A program made the translations under genes and the position numbers. A stretch of DNA of 64,000 nucleotides from Candidatus Eiseniibacteriota bacterium. GTDB taxonomy: Bacteria > Eisenbacteria > RBG-16-71-46. This document shows, one piece after another, positions 20,615-33,643 of this stretch (position 1 is the stretch's first letter; the number at the start of each line of letters is the position of its first letter). Under the pieces are notes generated by a model. That model saw nothing but the letters and a program-made list of their open reading frames with translations. It made no database searches and had not been told where the DNA came from. The stretch spans positions 480,001 to 544,000 of the forward strand of contig CAVSAC010000014.1 of assembly GCA_963725865.1 (NCBI GenBank). The letters are read 5' to 3'.

Positions 20615-20870
20615 ATAGGGATCTCCCTTTCGCGCTGGCGAGCCTACCGTGGCCCGGACAGTGGCCGAATGGCCGTCTCGCCCCCTGCGGGCGGGTCGGC
20701 GGGCACCACCGCCGCCGCTGGCGGCGCGCGGCGCGGTCCGGTCGCTCATCGCATCGCCTGACTCCGCCGCTCGCCGACCCTCAGGCATCGCGGCAGCAAC
20801 ACCACGCGGCCCCACAACGACCACGGGCGCGAGGCTCGTGCCCCCGCGCCCGCTCCATGCCGCTCCGGCG
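20615..20870 (-). mobile_element. Non-autonomous IS91-like element: transposase 5' start joined to an oriIS-like end (copy 2)
   Basis: GGAG-ATG GAG CGG GCG as at 17001; ends TAGGCTCGCCAGCGCGAAAGGGAGATCCCTAT, homologous to 11955-11989. Confidence 0.62.
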
Positions 20871-20875
20871 CCGCC

Positions 20876-21166
20876 TCAACGCGGTTCGGTCGTCAGCCCC
20901 TCCGGCACCTCGCCGACCGCGTCGGCGAGCACCGTGGCCTGGTTGTTCGAGACCTCGAAGAACCCCCCGCTCACCTGCATCGTGAACTCGGCGCCGTCCG
21001 GCCGCCGCAGCATGAGCGCGCCCTGCGCGAGTGCCGTCACCAGCGCGGCGTGGTGCGCCAGCACCCCGAGCGAGCCCTCGGTGCCCGGCACCTGCACGTA
21101 CTCCACCGGGCCCTCGAACACCGAGCGCTCGGGCGTCAGGATCGACAGCTGGAAGCTCGTCCCCAT
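20876..21166 (-). CDS. atpC: ATP synthase epsilon subunit (short form)
   Basis: Epsilon N-terminal beta-sandwich motifs; follows atpD. Confidence 0.93.
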   Translation of the reverse strand: MGTSFQLSILTPERSVFEGPVEYVQVPGTEGSLGVLAHHAALVTALAQGALMLRRPDGAEFTMQVSGGFFEVSNNQATVLADAVGEVPEGLTTEPR

Positions 21167-21170
21167 CGGC

Positions 21171-22641
<1,471 letters not shown>

Positions 22642-23499
22642 CTAGGTCAGCGCGTCCGCGCCAGCCACGATCTCGGACAGCTCCTTGGTGATGGCGGCCT
22701 GGCGCAGGCGGTTCCGTTTCAGGACCAGCATGTCGATCATCTCGCCGGCATTCTTGCGCGCCGAGCCCATCGCCACCATGCGCGCGCCGTGCTCGCTGGC
22801 GAGCGAGTCGGCCATCGCGGCGAACAGCTTGGCGGTCGCGTAGCGCGGGAGCAGCTCGGCGAAGATCGTCTCGGCATCGGGCTCGAAGATCGCGTTCGCG
22901 TCTCCGCCGGCCGCGTGCGCGCCCCCGGTGCCCACCGGCAGGAACGGCTCGGTCACGATGCGCCGCACGAGCGCGTTCACGAACTGGGTGTAGAGCACCT
23001 CGACGCGGTCGACCTCGCCGGACACGTAGCGCTCGATCAGGTCCTGCGTCAGGGTCCGCACGAACTCCAGGCTGACCTCGGCTGGCTGCTCGGTGTAGGT
23101 GGCGAGGATCGGGTATCTGCGGCGCTTGAAGTAGTCGCGCGGCTTGCGGCCCACGAGCACCAGCCGCAGCGTGCCCGGCGCGGCCTCGCGCAGGCGCTGC
23201 TCGGCGGCGCGGATGATGTTCGCGTTGTAGGCGCCGGCGAGTCCGCGGTCCGAGCCCACCACGACCAGCACGGAGGTCTTCACCGCGCGCGCCTGCAACA
23301 GCGGGTGCTCGAGCTCGGCTCCGGCGGCCGCCAGGTTGGCGAGCATCGCGGTGATCTTGGCGGCGTACGGCCGCGCGGCGGCGGCACGCGCCTGCGCACG
23401 GCGCAGTTTCGCGGCGGCCACCATCTCCATGGCCTTCGTGATCTGCTGCGCGCTCCGGGTCGAGCGGATGCGCTTGCGGATGTCCTTCAGCGACGCCAT
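22642..23499 (-). CDS. atpG: ATP synthase gamma subunit
   Basis: QITKAMEMVAAAK, SDRGLAGAYN, RQAAITKEL. Confidence 0.97.
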   Translation of the reverse strand: MASLKDIRKRIRSTRSAQQITKAMEMVAAAKLRRAQARAAAARPYAAKITAMLANLAAAGAELEHPLLQARAVKTSVLVVVGSDRGLAGAYNANIIRAAEQRLREAAPGTLRLVLVGRKPRDYFKRRRYPILATYTEQPAEVSLEFVRTLTQDLIERYVSGEVDRVEVLYTQFVNALVRRIVTEPFLPVGTGGAHAAGGDANAIFEPDAETIFAELLPRYATAKLFAAMADSLASEHGARMVAMGSARKNAGEMIDMLVLKRNRLRQAAITKELSEIVAGADALT

Positions 23500-23509
23500 G
23501 CGGCTCCGT

Positions 23510-25018
<1,509 letters not shown>

Positions 25019-25060
25019 GGGTGCGAACCCCGATCGTTGGGTGTGGTCAGACCTGCTCGC

Positions 25061-25606
25061 TCACACGGTCGCTTCGGACAGCCGATGCTCCACGGCCTCG
25101 AGCAGGCTCTTCACGGTGCGGTCGATGACGCGGTCGCCGATGCGGACGTAGACGCCGCCCAGCACCGACGCATCCACCGTCGTCGTCAGCTTGATGGTCT
25201 TCCGGGTCAGGCGCTCGATCTCGGTGTGCAGGCGCTGGAGCTCGTCGGGCAGCAGCGGCACCGCGCTCACGGCCTCCGCGCGCTGGATCCCTTGCCACGC
25301 CTCCAGCAGCAGCTCGTACTCGGCCACCACGCCGCGGAACACGCTCAGGCGCTTCTTGCGCAGCAGCAGGTCGACGAGTTCGCGCACGTACGGCCGCACC
25401 CGCGTGTCGAGGCTCGCGTGCAGCAGCTGGCGCTTGGCCTCGTTGCGCACCAACGGCGACCGGAAGAAGCGCCCGACCCGGGAGTCGGCGTTGATCACCG
25501 CCAGCAGCCCGTTGAGGTCCTCGAGGACCCCCGGGGCGTCCTGCTTGCGCTGCGCCACCATGAACAGCGCGTGCGCGTAGCGGTGCGCGACGGTGTCGTG
25601 GCTCAT
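25061..25606 (-). CDS. atpH: ATP synthase delta subunit
   Basis: VAHRYAHALF...VDASVLGGVYVRIGDRVID. Confidence 0.93.
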   Translation of the reverse strand: MSHDTVAHRYAHALFMVAQRKQDAPGVLEDLNGLLAVINADSRVGRFFRSPLVRNEAKRQLLHASLDTRVRPYVRELVDLLLRKKRLSVFRGVVAEYELLLEAWQGIQRAEAVSAVPLLPDELQRLHTEIERLTRKTIKLTTTVDASVLGGVYVRIGDRVIDRTVKSLLEAVEHRLSEATV

Positions 25607-26094
25607 GACAGGTCGCCGACCTCGTCGATGTAGGCGTTCACGAGCCGCCGCTGGTTCGCATCGTCGAGCCGGGCGCGCAGGATCTTCTCGGCGGTGAGGA
25701 TCGACAGGTGCGCGACGCGCTCCTTGAGCAGCACCTTGGCCTTCTCGCGCTCGCGCACGATCTCCTCGTCGGCGCGCTCCAGGCGCGCCATGGCGTCGGA
25801 CTGCGCCTGCTGCTTGATCTCGCCCGCGACCTTCTGGCCCTCGGCGATTGCCTCCTGCATCCGCGCGCGCGCCCGGGCCTCGATGCCACGCAGCTCCTGC
25901 TCGAACTTCGCCTTCAGCTCGTTCGCCTCGCGTCCCGCGCGATCGGCGGCCTCGAACTGATCGGCGATCCGCTTCCGCCGATCCTCGAGCATGGCGACGA
26001 TCGGCCCCCACGCATAGCGTCCCAGGACCCACACCAGCAGGAGGAAGCCCAGGACCTGGGTGAGGACCAACCGGATGTCGATGAGACCGTTCAT
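25603..26094 (-). CDS. atpF: ATP synthase b subunit
   Basis: TQVLGFLLLVWVLGRYAWGPI, then long coiled coil. Confidence 0.93.
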   Translation of the reverse strand: MNGLIDIRLVLTQVLGFLLLVWVLGRYAWGPIVAMLEDRRKRIADQFEAADRAGREANELKAKFEQELRGIEARARARMQEAIAEGQKVAGEIKQQAQSDAMARLERADEEIVREREKAKVLLKERVAHLSILTAEKILRARLDDANQRRLVNAYIDEVGDLS

Positions 26095-26164
26095 GAGACT
26101 CCTCAAGGCCCGGCGGACGTGGACCGGAGGTCCCCGCCGCGCGGCGTCCCGTGGGGGACTTCGA

Positions 26165-26398
26165 CTATCCGATCTTGCTCATGAGGACGAGCGCGATCAC
26201 GAACGCGTAGATCGTCAGCGCTTCGGCGAACGCGCCGATGATGATCATCGCGGTCTGCAGCTTGGCGATCGCCTCGGGCTGGCGGCCCATCGCCTGCAGC
26301 GCGCCGTTGCCGATCATGCCGAGTCCGATGCCTGAGCCGACGGCGGCGAGGCCGATGCCGAGCGGGAGCGCGAGCGAGAGTGCGGACTGGAAATTCAT
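26165..26398 (-). CDS. atpE: ATP synthase c subunit
   Basis: GSGIGLG, RQPEA, AFAEALTIY. Confidence 0.96.
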   Translation of the reverse strand: MNFQSALSLALPLGIGLAAVGSGIGLGMIGNGALQAMGRQPEAIAKLQTAMIIIGAFAEALTIYAFVIALVLMSKIG

Positions 26399-26418
26399 GG
26401 GTCTCCTCCTGGGGGTTC

Positions 26419-27786
26419 TCAGTGGGCGTGATGCGCTTCGACCTCGTGCCCATGATCGTGCGGCAGCATGAGGAGGAAGTAGATCGTGCTGAGCAGGCTG
26501 AACACCAGGGCCTGTACGACACTCGTCAGCAGGGCGAGGAACAGGAACGGGAACTGGAGCGGCAGGCCGAACGGCAACGCGTGCAGCCCCATCGCGGCGA
26601 GCGTGGTGATGCCGAGGCCGGCGAAGCCCACCAGCAGCATGTCCTCGCCGAAGATGTTGCCGAACAGACGGCAGGAGAGCGACACCGGCTTCGCCAGCTC
26701 CCCGATCACGTGGATCGGGAACATCAGGATCACCAGCCCCCACTCCATGCCGGAGTGCGGGCTGCCGGCCAGATGGTGGAGCCAGCCGCCGAGCCCCAGC
26801 TCGCGGATCGCGGTGTAGTGCACGTAGACCACGACGGTGATGGCGAGCGCGAACGTGACGTTCAGGCTGGAGGTCGGCGATTCCATCATCGGGATGATGC
26901 CGAACAGGTTCATCGCGAGGATGTAGATGAACAGGCTGCCGAGGAACGGCACGTAGCGCGGCCCGTAGACCGGACCGAGCACGTCCACCACCTGGTTGTA
27001 GACCGTCTCGACCGTCGCCTCGACCGCGTTCTGGAGCGGGCGCGGGATCGGCGTGGCGCCGCGCATCGCGACCACCGCGACCACCGCGAGCAGCACCGCG
27101 ACCAGCAGCGAGAACAGGATCACCTCGTAGCGGTGCACCACGTGCGCCCATGGCCGGCCCTCGTTCGCGTGCACCAGCAGCGAGAGCACGGTGTCGAACT
27201 TCTTCGGCCCGCTCTCCGCGGCGTGCTGGGTGGCGGCGTGCTCCGAGGCGGCGCTCTCGCCTTGGGGCGCGCCCGCCGCGGCCTCCGTGGTGGCCGCGCC
27301 GTGCCCGCCCGGCGTCTCGGCATCGGCGCGGGTCAGCGCGCTGATGCCCAGCCCCAGCAGCGCGGCGACCGCGACCACCGTGATCGCGGCACGCCAGCGG
27401 CTCCGCGTGAAGCGCGCCCAGGCCGCCGACTCGAGCAGCACGCGCGAGACCGCCTTGAGCGTCAGGACCGCGAACGGAATCGCGAATCCGCTCATCAGGG
27501 CCGCCACCGGCAGCCGCGTCAGCAGCGCGGCGCCGGCCGCGAACAGCGCGAGGTTGCCGAGCCCGGCGAGGCCGGCCTGCCGCAGCGCGTCCCACCCGCG
27601 GGGCCCCGGTCGCACGACGGCGACCACGATGCGCTCGAGCAGCCACAGGTTCGCGATCGAGAACGCGGCGCCGGCGGCCAACCCGAGGCCCGCGGCGTAC
27701 GACACGTACGCCCCGACGAAGAGGGCGGCGAGCAGCGCGAACCACAGCGAGGACTGGCGGACGCGGACGAGGAATTCGAAGCCCAT
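26419..27786 (-). CDS. atpB: ATP synthase a subunit with N-terminal AtpI-like membrane domain (fusion)
   Basis: PRPLQNAVE, PTSSLN, SLSCRLFGNIFG, VQALVFSLL; about 150 extra N-terminal hydrophobic residues in the same frame. Confidence 0.9.
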   Translation of the reverse strand: MGFEFLVRVRQSSLWFALLAALFVGAYVSYAAGLGLAAGAAFSIANLWLLERIVVAVVRPGPRGWDALRQAGLAGLGNLALFAAGAALLTRLPVAALMSGFAIPFAVLTLKAVSRVLLESAAWARFTRSRWRAAITVVAVAALLGLGISALTRADAETPGGHGAATTEAAAGAPQGESAASEHAATQHAAESGPKKFDTVLSLLVHANEGRPWAHVVHRYEVILFSLLVAVLLAVVAVVAMRGATPIPRPLQNAVEATVETVYNQVVDVLGPVYGPRYVPFLGSLFIYILAMNLFGIIPMMESPTSSLNVTFALAITVVVYVHYTAIRELGLGGWLHHLAGSPHSGMEWGLVILMFPIHVIGELAKPVSLSCRLFGNIFGEDMLLVGFAGLGITTLAAMGLHALPFGLPLQFPFLFLALLTSVVQALVFSLLSTIYFLLMLPHDHGHEVEAHHAH

Positions 27787-27809
27787 GGTCGGCAGCGGCG
27801 CGTGCGGAT

Positions 27810-28100
27810 TCAGCGCCGTGGTTTGCGCTCCTTTGGTTCGTCTTCGGACTGGACGCGACGGATGATGAGATAGGTCTCGCGGCCGGCGGCGACGAATCCC
27901 AGCACCACACCCACGACGGTGAGCCAGGGCTCGGTGTGGAATCGCCGATCCCCCCACTTGCCCAGGAAGACGCCCACCAGAGGACCGGCGACGAGCAAGG
28001 AAGGAATGGCGAGCAGCAGGCCGGCGGACCGAAGGCCTGAGTCCTCAGTCTTCGGCTTCCGTGGATCGACCACGCTGCGCGCTCCGGTGAAACTTTTCAC
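27810..28100 (-). CDS. AtpZ/AtpI family small membrane protein (start uncertain)
   Basis: GVFLGKWGDRRFHTEPWLTVVGVVLG; first gene of the atp operon. Confidence 0.85.
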   Translation of the reverse strand: MKSFTGARSVVDPRKPKTEDSGLRSAGLLLAIPSLLVAGPLVGVFLGKWGDRRFHTEPWLTVVGVVLGFVAAGRETYLIIRRVQSEDEPKERKPRR

Positions 28101-28272
28101 AAGCCCCGCGTGGTGGCCGAGCTGCGGCCAACGACGGCGTAGGCGCGCGGGAATCTACGGAAACGACTGCACCGGGTCAAACGGAAACTGCTCGTAGCGC
28201 GTCAGTTGGTATGGCGGCAGCGAACCGCGGCGAGTTTGGCGGGGATCCACCCGCGCCCTATCCTGCCGGCCC

Positions 28273-28785
28273 ATGCCGATCCTCCGCCGCACCCACATCG
28301 AGGTCTACGTGCTCCGCCGTCGCGCACGGCAGGCGGAGTTCCTGTGCCTGCGACGTTCCCCGGGCAAGTGGCTGCCGGGGGCGTGGCAGCCGGTGACCGG
28401 CCGCATCGAGCGCGGCGAGTCCGCGCTGGCGGCCGCGGTCCGCGAGGTGCGCGAGGAGACCGGGCTGAGCCCGCGCCGCTGGTGGGCGCTGGAGACCGTC
28501 ACCGTCTACTTCGACCCCGCCGCCGACGTGGTGCATGCGTTGCCGCTGTTCGTCGCCGAGGTCGGCGCGCGCGATCGCGTGCGCCTGTCCGCCGAGCACA
28601 CCGCGCTCGCGTGGCTGCCGGCCGCGCTCGCCGGCCGGCGCTTCGTGTGGCAGGCCCAGCGCGCCGGACTCGCCGCCGTGCGGCGCGAGGTCCTGCGCGG
28701 AGGCCCGCTCGCTCGCGCGCTCGAATGCACGTCGCTCGTCTCGGCCCTCGCGGCGCGCCCGCGGCGCGCCGGCCCGGGGTCGTGA
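28273..28785 (+). CDS. NUDIX hydrolase (NudB-like)
   Basis: WQPVTGRIERGESALAAAVREVREETGL Nudix box. Confidence 0.9.
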   Translation: MPILRRTHIEVYVLRRRARQAEFLCLRRSPGKWLPGAWQPVTGRIERGESALAAAVREVREETGLSPRRWWALETVTVYFDPAADVVHALPLFVAEVGARDRVRLSAEHTALAWLPAALAGRRFVWQAQRAGLAAVRREVLRGGPLARALECTSLVSALAARPRRAGPGS

Positions 28786-28800
28786 GGAAGGAGGAGTCCG

Positions 28801-29307
28801 TTGGCCAGCACCAGTTCGTTCGATGTCACCACCGGGGTGGACTACATGGAGGTCACCAACGCCGTCGACCAGGCGACCAAGGAGATCACGCAGCGCTTCG
28901 ACTTCAAGGGCGTGAAGGCCACCTTCGAGCTGAACCAGAAGGACAAGAAGATCCTGCTCGCCGCGCCCGACGAGTTCCGGCTCAAGGCGATGTGGGATTC
29001 GCTGCAGGGCAAGCTGGTGCGGCGCGGCGTGGCGCTCAAGAACCTCGCGCCGGGCAAGGTGGAGCCCGCCGCCAGCTCGACGGTGCGCCAGGAGATCGCG
29101 ATCCAGGACGGACTCACCGCCGACATGGCGCGCGCGATCGCCAAGACCATCAAGGACGCCAAGCTCAAGAAGGTGCAGGCCGCGATCCAGGGCGACACCG
29201 TGCGGGTCTCCTCGCCGGACAAGGATGCGCTGCAGGGCGTGATCGCGCTGCTCAAGCAGGAGGACTACGGCGTCGAGCTGAAGTTCGGTAACTTCCGCAG
29301 CAACTGA
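28801..29307 (+). CDS. yajQ: YajQ family nucleotide/c-di-GMP-binding protein
   Basis: SFDV...NAVDQATKEITQRFDFKG...KVQAAIQGDTVRVS...FGNFR. Confidence 0.95.
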   Translation: MASTSSFDVTTGVDYMEVTNAVDQATKEITQRFDFKGVKATFELNQKDKKILLAAPDEFRLKAMWDSLQGKLVRRGVALKNLAPGKVEPAASSTVRQEIAIQDGLTADMARAIAKTIKDAKLKKVQAAIQGDTVRVSSPDKDALQGVIALLKQEDYGVELKFGNFRSN

Positions 29308-29433
29308 CGCCCGTATCCGGCGACCCGCCACGCTCCGGCGCCGGAGGCGGTCGCGATGGGCATTGCCTCGGCACGGGCGCTGTCGGACACTGCCGCGCGT
29401 CCGCGGTCCCGCCGTCCCTTCCCGGAGGGCTTC

Positions 29434-31773
29434 ATGCCGAAGCGAGCGATCCGACCCGTGCGCACCACGCGCGCCGCAACCCCGAGGAAGGCACCCGCGC
29501 GCCACGCCCGCCCCGCGACGAAGCGCGCGGGCGGCTATCCCGTCACGCTGCGCACCGCCGATCGCACGCTGCGCTTCACGGCGCCGCCGGCGCTCGCGCG
29601 CGAGGCGATGCAGTGGACCTACCGCCTGCGCAACCGACTCCGTTGGAAGGACAGCACCGAGTCGCGGCGGCGCCTCGCGCAGCAGAGCGTCGATTCGCTG
29701 GTCTCGCTCGGGATCTCGGAGGCGGACCTCACGGTGCTGGCGCAGGCCTCGCTGATCGAGGTCACGGTGCCGTGGCTCCCGAAGGGTGATCCGTGGGAGG
29801 CGCGCGTCTTCCCGTGGGAGTTCATGCTCGCGAGCGCCACGCGCCGCAAGGGCCGCTCCGGCCCGCTCCTGGTCGTGCGCCGTCTCGAGCGGCGCGGCGC
29901 GCCCGCCGCGCCGCCTCCGCTCGGCAGGCGCGCGCCGGTGGTGCTGTTCGTCGAGAGCGCGCCGGGGGCGCTGCGCGACCTGTACGACTTCGATTCCGAG
30001 CGCGAGCTGGTGCGCAGCGCGCTCGCGCCGTGCGCGTTCCAGGTCTGCGTGGATCCCTCGCCGGAACAGTTGGCCGCTGCCGCGGCAAAGCACCAGCCGG
30101 ACCTCGTGCACCTCGCCGGCTTCGACACCCATCAGGGCCGCGAGCTGCTGCTCGAACAAGATCCCGCCGGGCTCCCGGATGCGGCGAACGATGCGGAGGC
30201 CGCGAAGGCGTTCGAGCGCGACGGCTATCTGCTCGGACGCGGCCGCCAGGCGGTGGCGCTGCCCGCCGAGGCGCTCGCCGAGGCGCTCAACTCGGGCCGG
30301 CGGCCGCTGCGGATGGTGGGCTGCAATCTCTACAGCTCGGCGGCCCGCATCGCGTCGATGCTGATCGCCCGCGGCGCGGGCACGGCGCTCGGCTTCCAGG
30401 ACCTGCAGGACGACGCGCTCATGGAGCTGTTCTTTGGGCGCTTCTACCGCGCATGGCGCAGCGGGGCCGGCGACGCGCTCGCCGGCTTCCACGCCGGCTG
30501 GGACGCGCTGCGCGCCCAGCCCCGCGACCTGCAGGGCACCAGCGTGACGCTGTGGAGCGCCGCCTCGGTGGTCGCGAGGGCGCGCACCGCGCAGTCCGTG
30601 GTGCGGCGCCTGGCGGGCGAGGAACAGCGGGTGCTCGCGCCGCCGCGCACCGGAGCGCTCGACTGGGTGCAGGTCGAGGTGGAGCCGCGCGAGGTCATCA
30701 ACTACGCGCTGCTCCACAACCATCGCAGCCTGTTCGATCGCTTCCTGCTCCACTGGACGCGGCCCGGGCGCCTCACCGACGTCTCGGTCGAGGTCGAGCT
30801 GATGGTGGGCGCCGAGCGGCTGAGCTACCGCAGCACCATCGCTCCCGAGCGCAGCCCGCACGATCTGTCGCGCGACGTGCGCGTGCCGCTCGCCTGGTCG
30901 CTGGCGCGCACGCTGCACGAGTCGGTGCGCACCACGCTCTACGTGGACGTGCGCTGGCAGGGCCGCGTGCTGCGCCGCGACACGCTCGACGTCACGCTGC
31001 TGCCGGTGAGCGAGTGGCACGACACGCCCGAGGACGATCCGTGGCTGCCTTCGTTCGTGCTGCCGCGCGATCCGGCGGTGCTGCGCATCGTCGATCACGC
31101 GCAGCGCTACCTGGTGGCGCTCGACGACGACCCGACGGCGGGGTTCGACGGCTACCAGAGCTACGACCGCGCCGACCACGGCGCCGCGGTGGATCGACGC
31201 GTGCAGGCGCTGTGGTACGCGCTCACGCAGGACCTGATGCTCGGCTACATCGACCCGCCGCCCACCTACAGTGCCGAGTCCCAGCGGCTGCGCACGCCCT
31301 CCGAGGTCCTGAACGGCAGGCGCGGCACGTGCATCGACCTCGCGCTGCTGTTCGCGTCGTGCCTCGAGTTCGTCGACATCTACCCGGTGATCTTCCTGCG
31401 CGACGATCACGCCTTCCCGGGCTACTGGCGCGATCCGGAGGCCCACGACGAGCGATTCGCGCGCATGTACGAGTCCGACGACGGGGGCACCGCCCAGGGC
31501 GACGACGCCCGCGGCCAGTCCGAGGCGTGGACGCTCGGGCCCGACAACTACGACGAGGTGCATCGCCTCGTGCACTCGGGACGCATCGTCCCGCTCGAGA
31601 CCGTCGACCTCACCTCGCGCACCAGCTTCGAGCAGGCGTGCAAGGACGGCCGCGCGGACGTCAACCAGCGCGAGGGGTTCGCGTCGATGCTCGACATCGC
31701 GCTCGCGCGCGCCCACAACGTGACACCGCTGCCGTTCCCGGAGGGCCCGACGCTTGAGCGCCGCCCGGGATGA
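29434..31773 (+). CDS. CHAT-like domain fused to a transglutaminase-like domain
   Basis: VFPWEFML, VHLAGFD, MVGCNLYSS (divergent CHAT); QRLRTPSEVL..RRGTCIDLALLFASCLE...HAFPGYW. Confidence 0.65.
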   Translation: MPKRAIRPVRTTRAATPRKAPARHARPATKRAGGYPVTLRTADRTLRFTAPPALAREAMQWTYRLRNRLRWKDSTESRRRLAQQSVDSLVSLGISEADLTVLAQASLIEVTVPWLPKGDPWEARVFPWEFMLASATRRKGRSGPLLVVRRLERRGAPAAPPPLGRRAPVVLFVESAPGALRDLYDFDSERELVRSALAPCAFQVCVDPSPEQLAAAAAKHQPDLVHLAGFDTHQGRELLLEQDPAGLPDAANDAEAAKAFERDGYLLGRGRQAVALPAEALAEALNSGRRPLRMVGCNLYSSAARIASMLIARGAGTALGFQDLQDDALMELFFGRFYRAWRSGAGDALAGFHAGWDALRAQPRDLQGTSVTLWSAASVVARARTAQSVVRRLAGEEQRVLAPPRTGALDWVQVEVEPREVINYALLHNHRSLFDRFLLHWTRPGRLTDVSVEVELMVGAERLSYRSTIAPERSPHDLSRDVRVPLAWSLARTLHESVRTTLYVDVRWQGRVLRRDTLDVTLLPVSEWHDTPEDDPWLPSFVLPRDPAVLRIVDHAQRYLVALDDDPTAGFDGYQSYDRADHGAAVDRRVQALWYALTQDLMLGYIDPPPTYSAESQRLRTPSEVLNGRRGTCIDLALLFASCLEFVDIYPVIFLRDDHAFPGYWRDPEAHDERFARMYESDDGGTAQGDDARGQSEAWTLGPDNYDEVHRLVHSGRIVPLETVDLTSRTSFEQACKDGRADVNQREGFASMLDIALARAHNVTPLPFPEGPTLERRPG

Positions 31774-33077
31774 GCGGATCGAGCGCCTGCGCGAGGTCGC
31801 GCGGTCGTCGACGCACGGACTGGGACGGAGCGGGAGCGCGCGGCGCGCCGGGGCCGGCGCGGGGCCGCGGCGCGCGCGCCGCGGGCCCGCCGAGCCGCCC
31901 CTGCTGCGGCTCACGTTGGTGGACGAGGACGGCGTGCTCGCGTGGGTCGAGGACGGGCCGCCGCAGCCGCGCGTGACGCGGCGGCGCATGCGCCGCGGCC
32001 GGCTCGGCGCCGAGCCGAGCGGGCCCGGTCGAGATCCACGCGATCGAGTTCGAGCGCCTCGCCCCGAGCGAGATCACGAGCCACCTCGACACGCTCGACC
32101 TCAAGCTCACGCCGCAGCGCGGGCTGCGGCGCCTGCAGGGCGGCGCGCTGGTGCCGGTGAAGCGCCCCAGCGCCCGCGCCGGGCAGCGCGTGCTGTTGAT
32201 CGTGCACGGCACGTTCAGCCACGGCGAGGCGATCACCGACGACCTCGCGGCGGCGCCCGGCGGGCCCGAGTTCCTCGCGGCGCTGGCGGCGACCTACGCC
32301 GAAGTGCTGACGTTCGACCATCCCACGCTCGCCGTGAGCCCGCTGCTCAACGCGTTCGACCTCGAGCGCGCGCTCGCCGGCTGCCCGGCCACGTTCGACG
32401 TGGTGGCGCACAGTCGCGGCGGGCTGGTGGCGCGCGCGTGGGCGGAGGCGTTCCGTGGCGGCACGCGCGGCGTGCGGCGGCTGGTGCTGGTGGGCTCGCC
32501 GCTCGCGGGCACCAGCCTCGCCGCGCCACCGCGGCTGCGCGAGGCGCTCCAGTACGTCTCGAACGTGGGCGGGGCGCTCGCGGGGCTGTTGGGCGCGGCC
32601 AACCCGTTCCTCGCGCTGGGCGCCGGCCTGATGCAGATCGTGACCTCGATCACCTCGCTGGTGGCGCACACGCCGCTGCTCGACGCGGCGGTCGCCCTGG
32701 TCCCGGGCCTCGCCGCGCAGTCGCGGGTGGGCAATGCGCCCGAGATCCTGCGCATGCGCGCGGCCGGCGCGCTGCCGACCGCGCGCGTGTTCGCGGTGCG
32801 CGCGGACTTCGAGCCGCCGCCGGTGGGCTGGGCGTTCTGGAAGCTGTTCGTGCAGGCGAAGCAGCGGCTCGCCGACGTGGGCGCGGACCTGCTGTTCCCG
32901 GGCGCGAACGATCTGGTGGTGGACTACGACTCGGTGGTGAGCCTCGCCGACGATCGCAGCGTCCCGGCCGCGCAGTGCCGGGACTTCGGCACCCAGAACA
33001 CGGTCCACCACTGCAACTACTTCCGCCAGCGCGAGACCGTGAAGTTCCTGTCCGAGGTGCTGCTGCGCGAGCCGTGA
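31754..33077 (+). CDS. Alpha/beta-hydrolase (lipase-like); +1 frameshift near 32026
   Basis: VHGTFS, VAHSRGGLV (GxSxG variant), GSPLAGT, NDLVV, HHCNYF; overlaps the upstream gene by 20 nt. Confidence 0.78.
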
Positions 33078-33126
33078 GGCGGCGCGGCACGCCGCCCGCT
33101 CCGGCCGCCCGCGCGGATGGCGCGGC

Positions 33127-33597
33127 TCAGCCGGTGCCCCGGCCCTCGCCGAGCAGGTGCGCGATCGCGCCGCGGCGATACGCGAAGATCCGCTGGATCG
33201 TGGGACGCACGTAGAACGCGTGCACCGGGCGCGACAGCGGGTCGAACGCCAGCGCGTAGTCGACGCGGTCGCGCACCCAGGTGCCGCCGCGGCCCGCCTC
33301 GAAGCGATGGCGGTGCACCCAGTGCGGGTACGGCCCGCTCAACTGGCGGTCCACGAACCCCTGTCCGGGCGACCACTCCTCGATCCGCGTGACCCAGCGC
33401 GCCGGCATCCCGTGCAGGCGCAGCCGGTAGTCGATCAGCACGCCCTCTCCCATCGTGATCGGGAGCTGGGTGAGGACGCGGAAGTGGAGGAACGGCGGAG
33501 TGATGGCCTCGAGGTTCTCGGCGTCGGCGAAGAACGCGAACGTCTCGTCCAGTCCGGCTCCGACCCACTGCTCGGTCTCGAAGAAGTAAGTGCGCAT
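33127..33597 (-). CDS. SRPBCC family protein
   Basis: FFADAENLEAITPP...FVDRQLSGPY..WVHRHRF...IFAYR. Confidence 0.88.
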   Translation of the reverse strand: MRTYFFETEQWVGAGLDETFAFFADAENLEAITPPFLHFRVLTQLPITMGEGVLIDYRLRLHGMPARWVTRIEEWSPGQGFVDRQLSGPYPHWVHRHRFEAGRGGTWVRDRVDYALAFDPLSRPVHAFYVRPTIQRIFAYRRGAIAHLLGEGRGTG

Positions 33598-33643
33598 GGT
33601 GAGGTTCGGGGTAGGGGTTGGGAGGAGAGGTCGCGGCCGCTCG

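Noticed and set aside
26165..26398. Possible Na+-specific ATP synthase
   Set aside because: The c subunit has E-A-L and lacks the Q...E-S/T signature, so it is probably H+-coupled.
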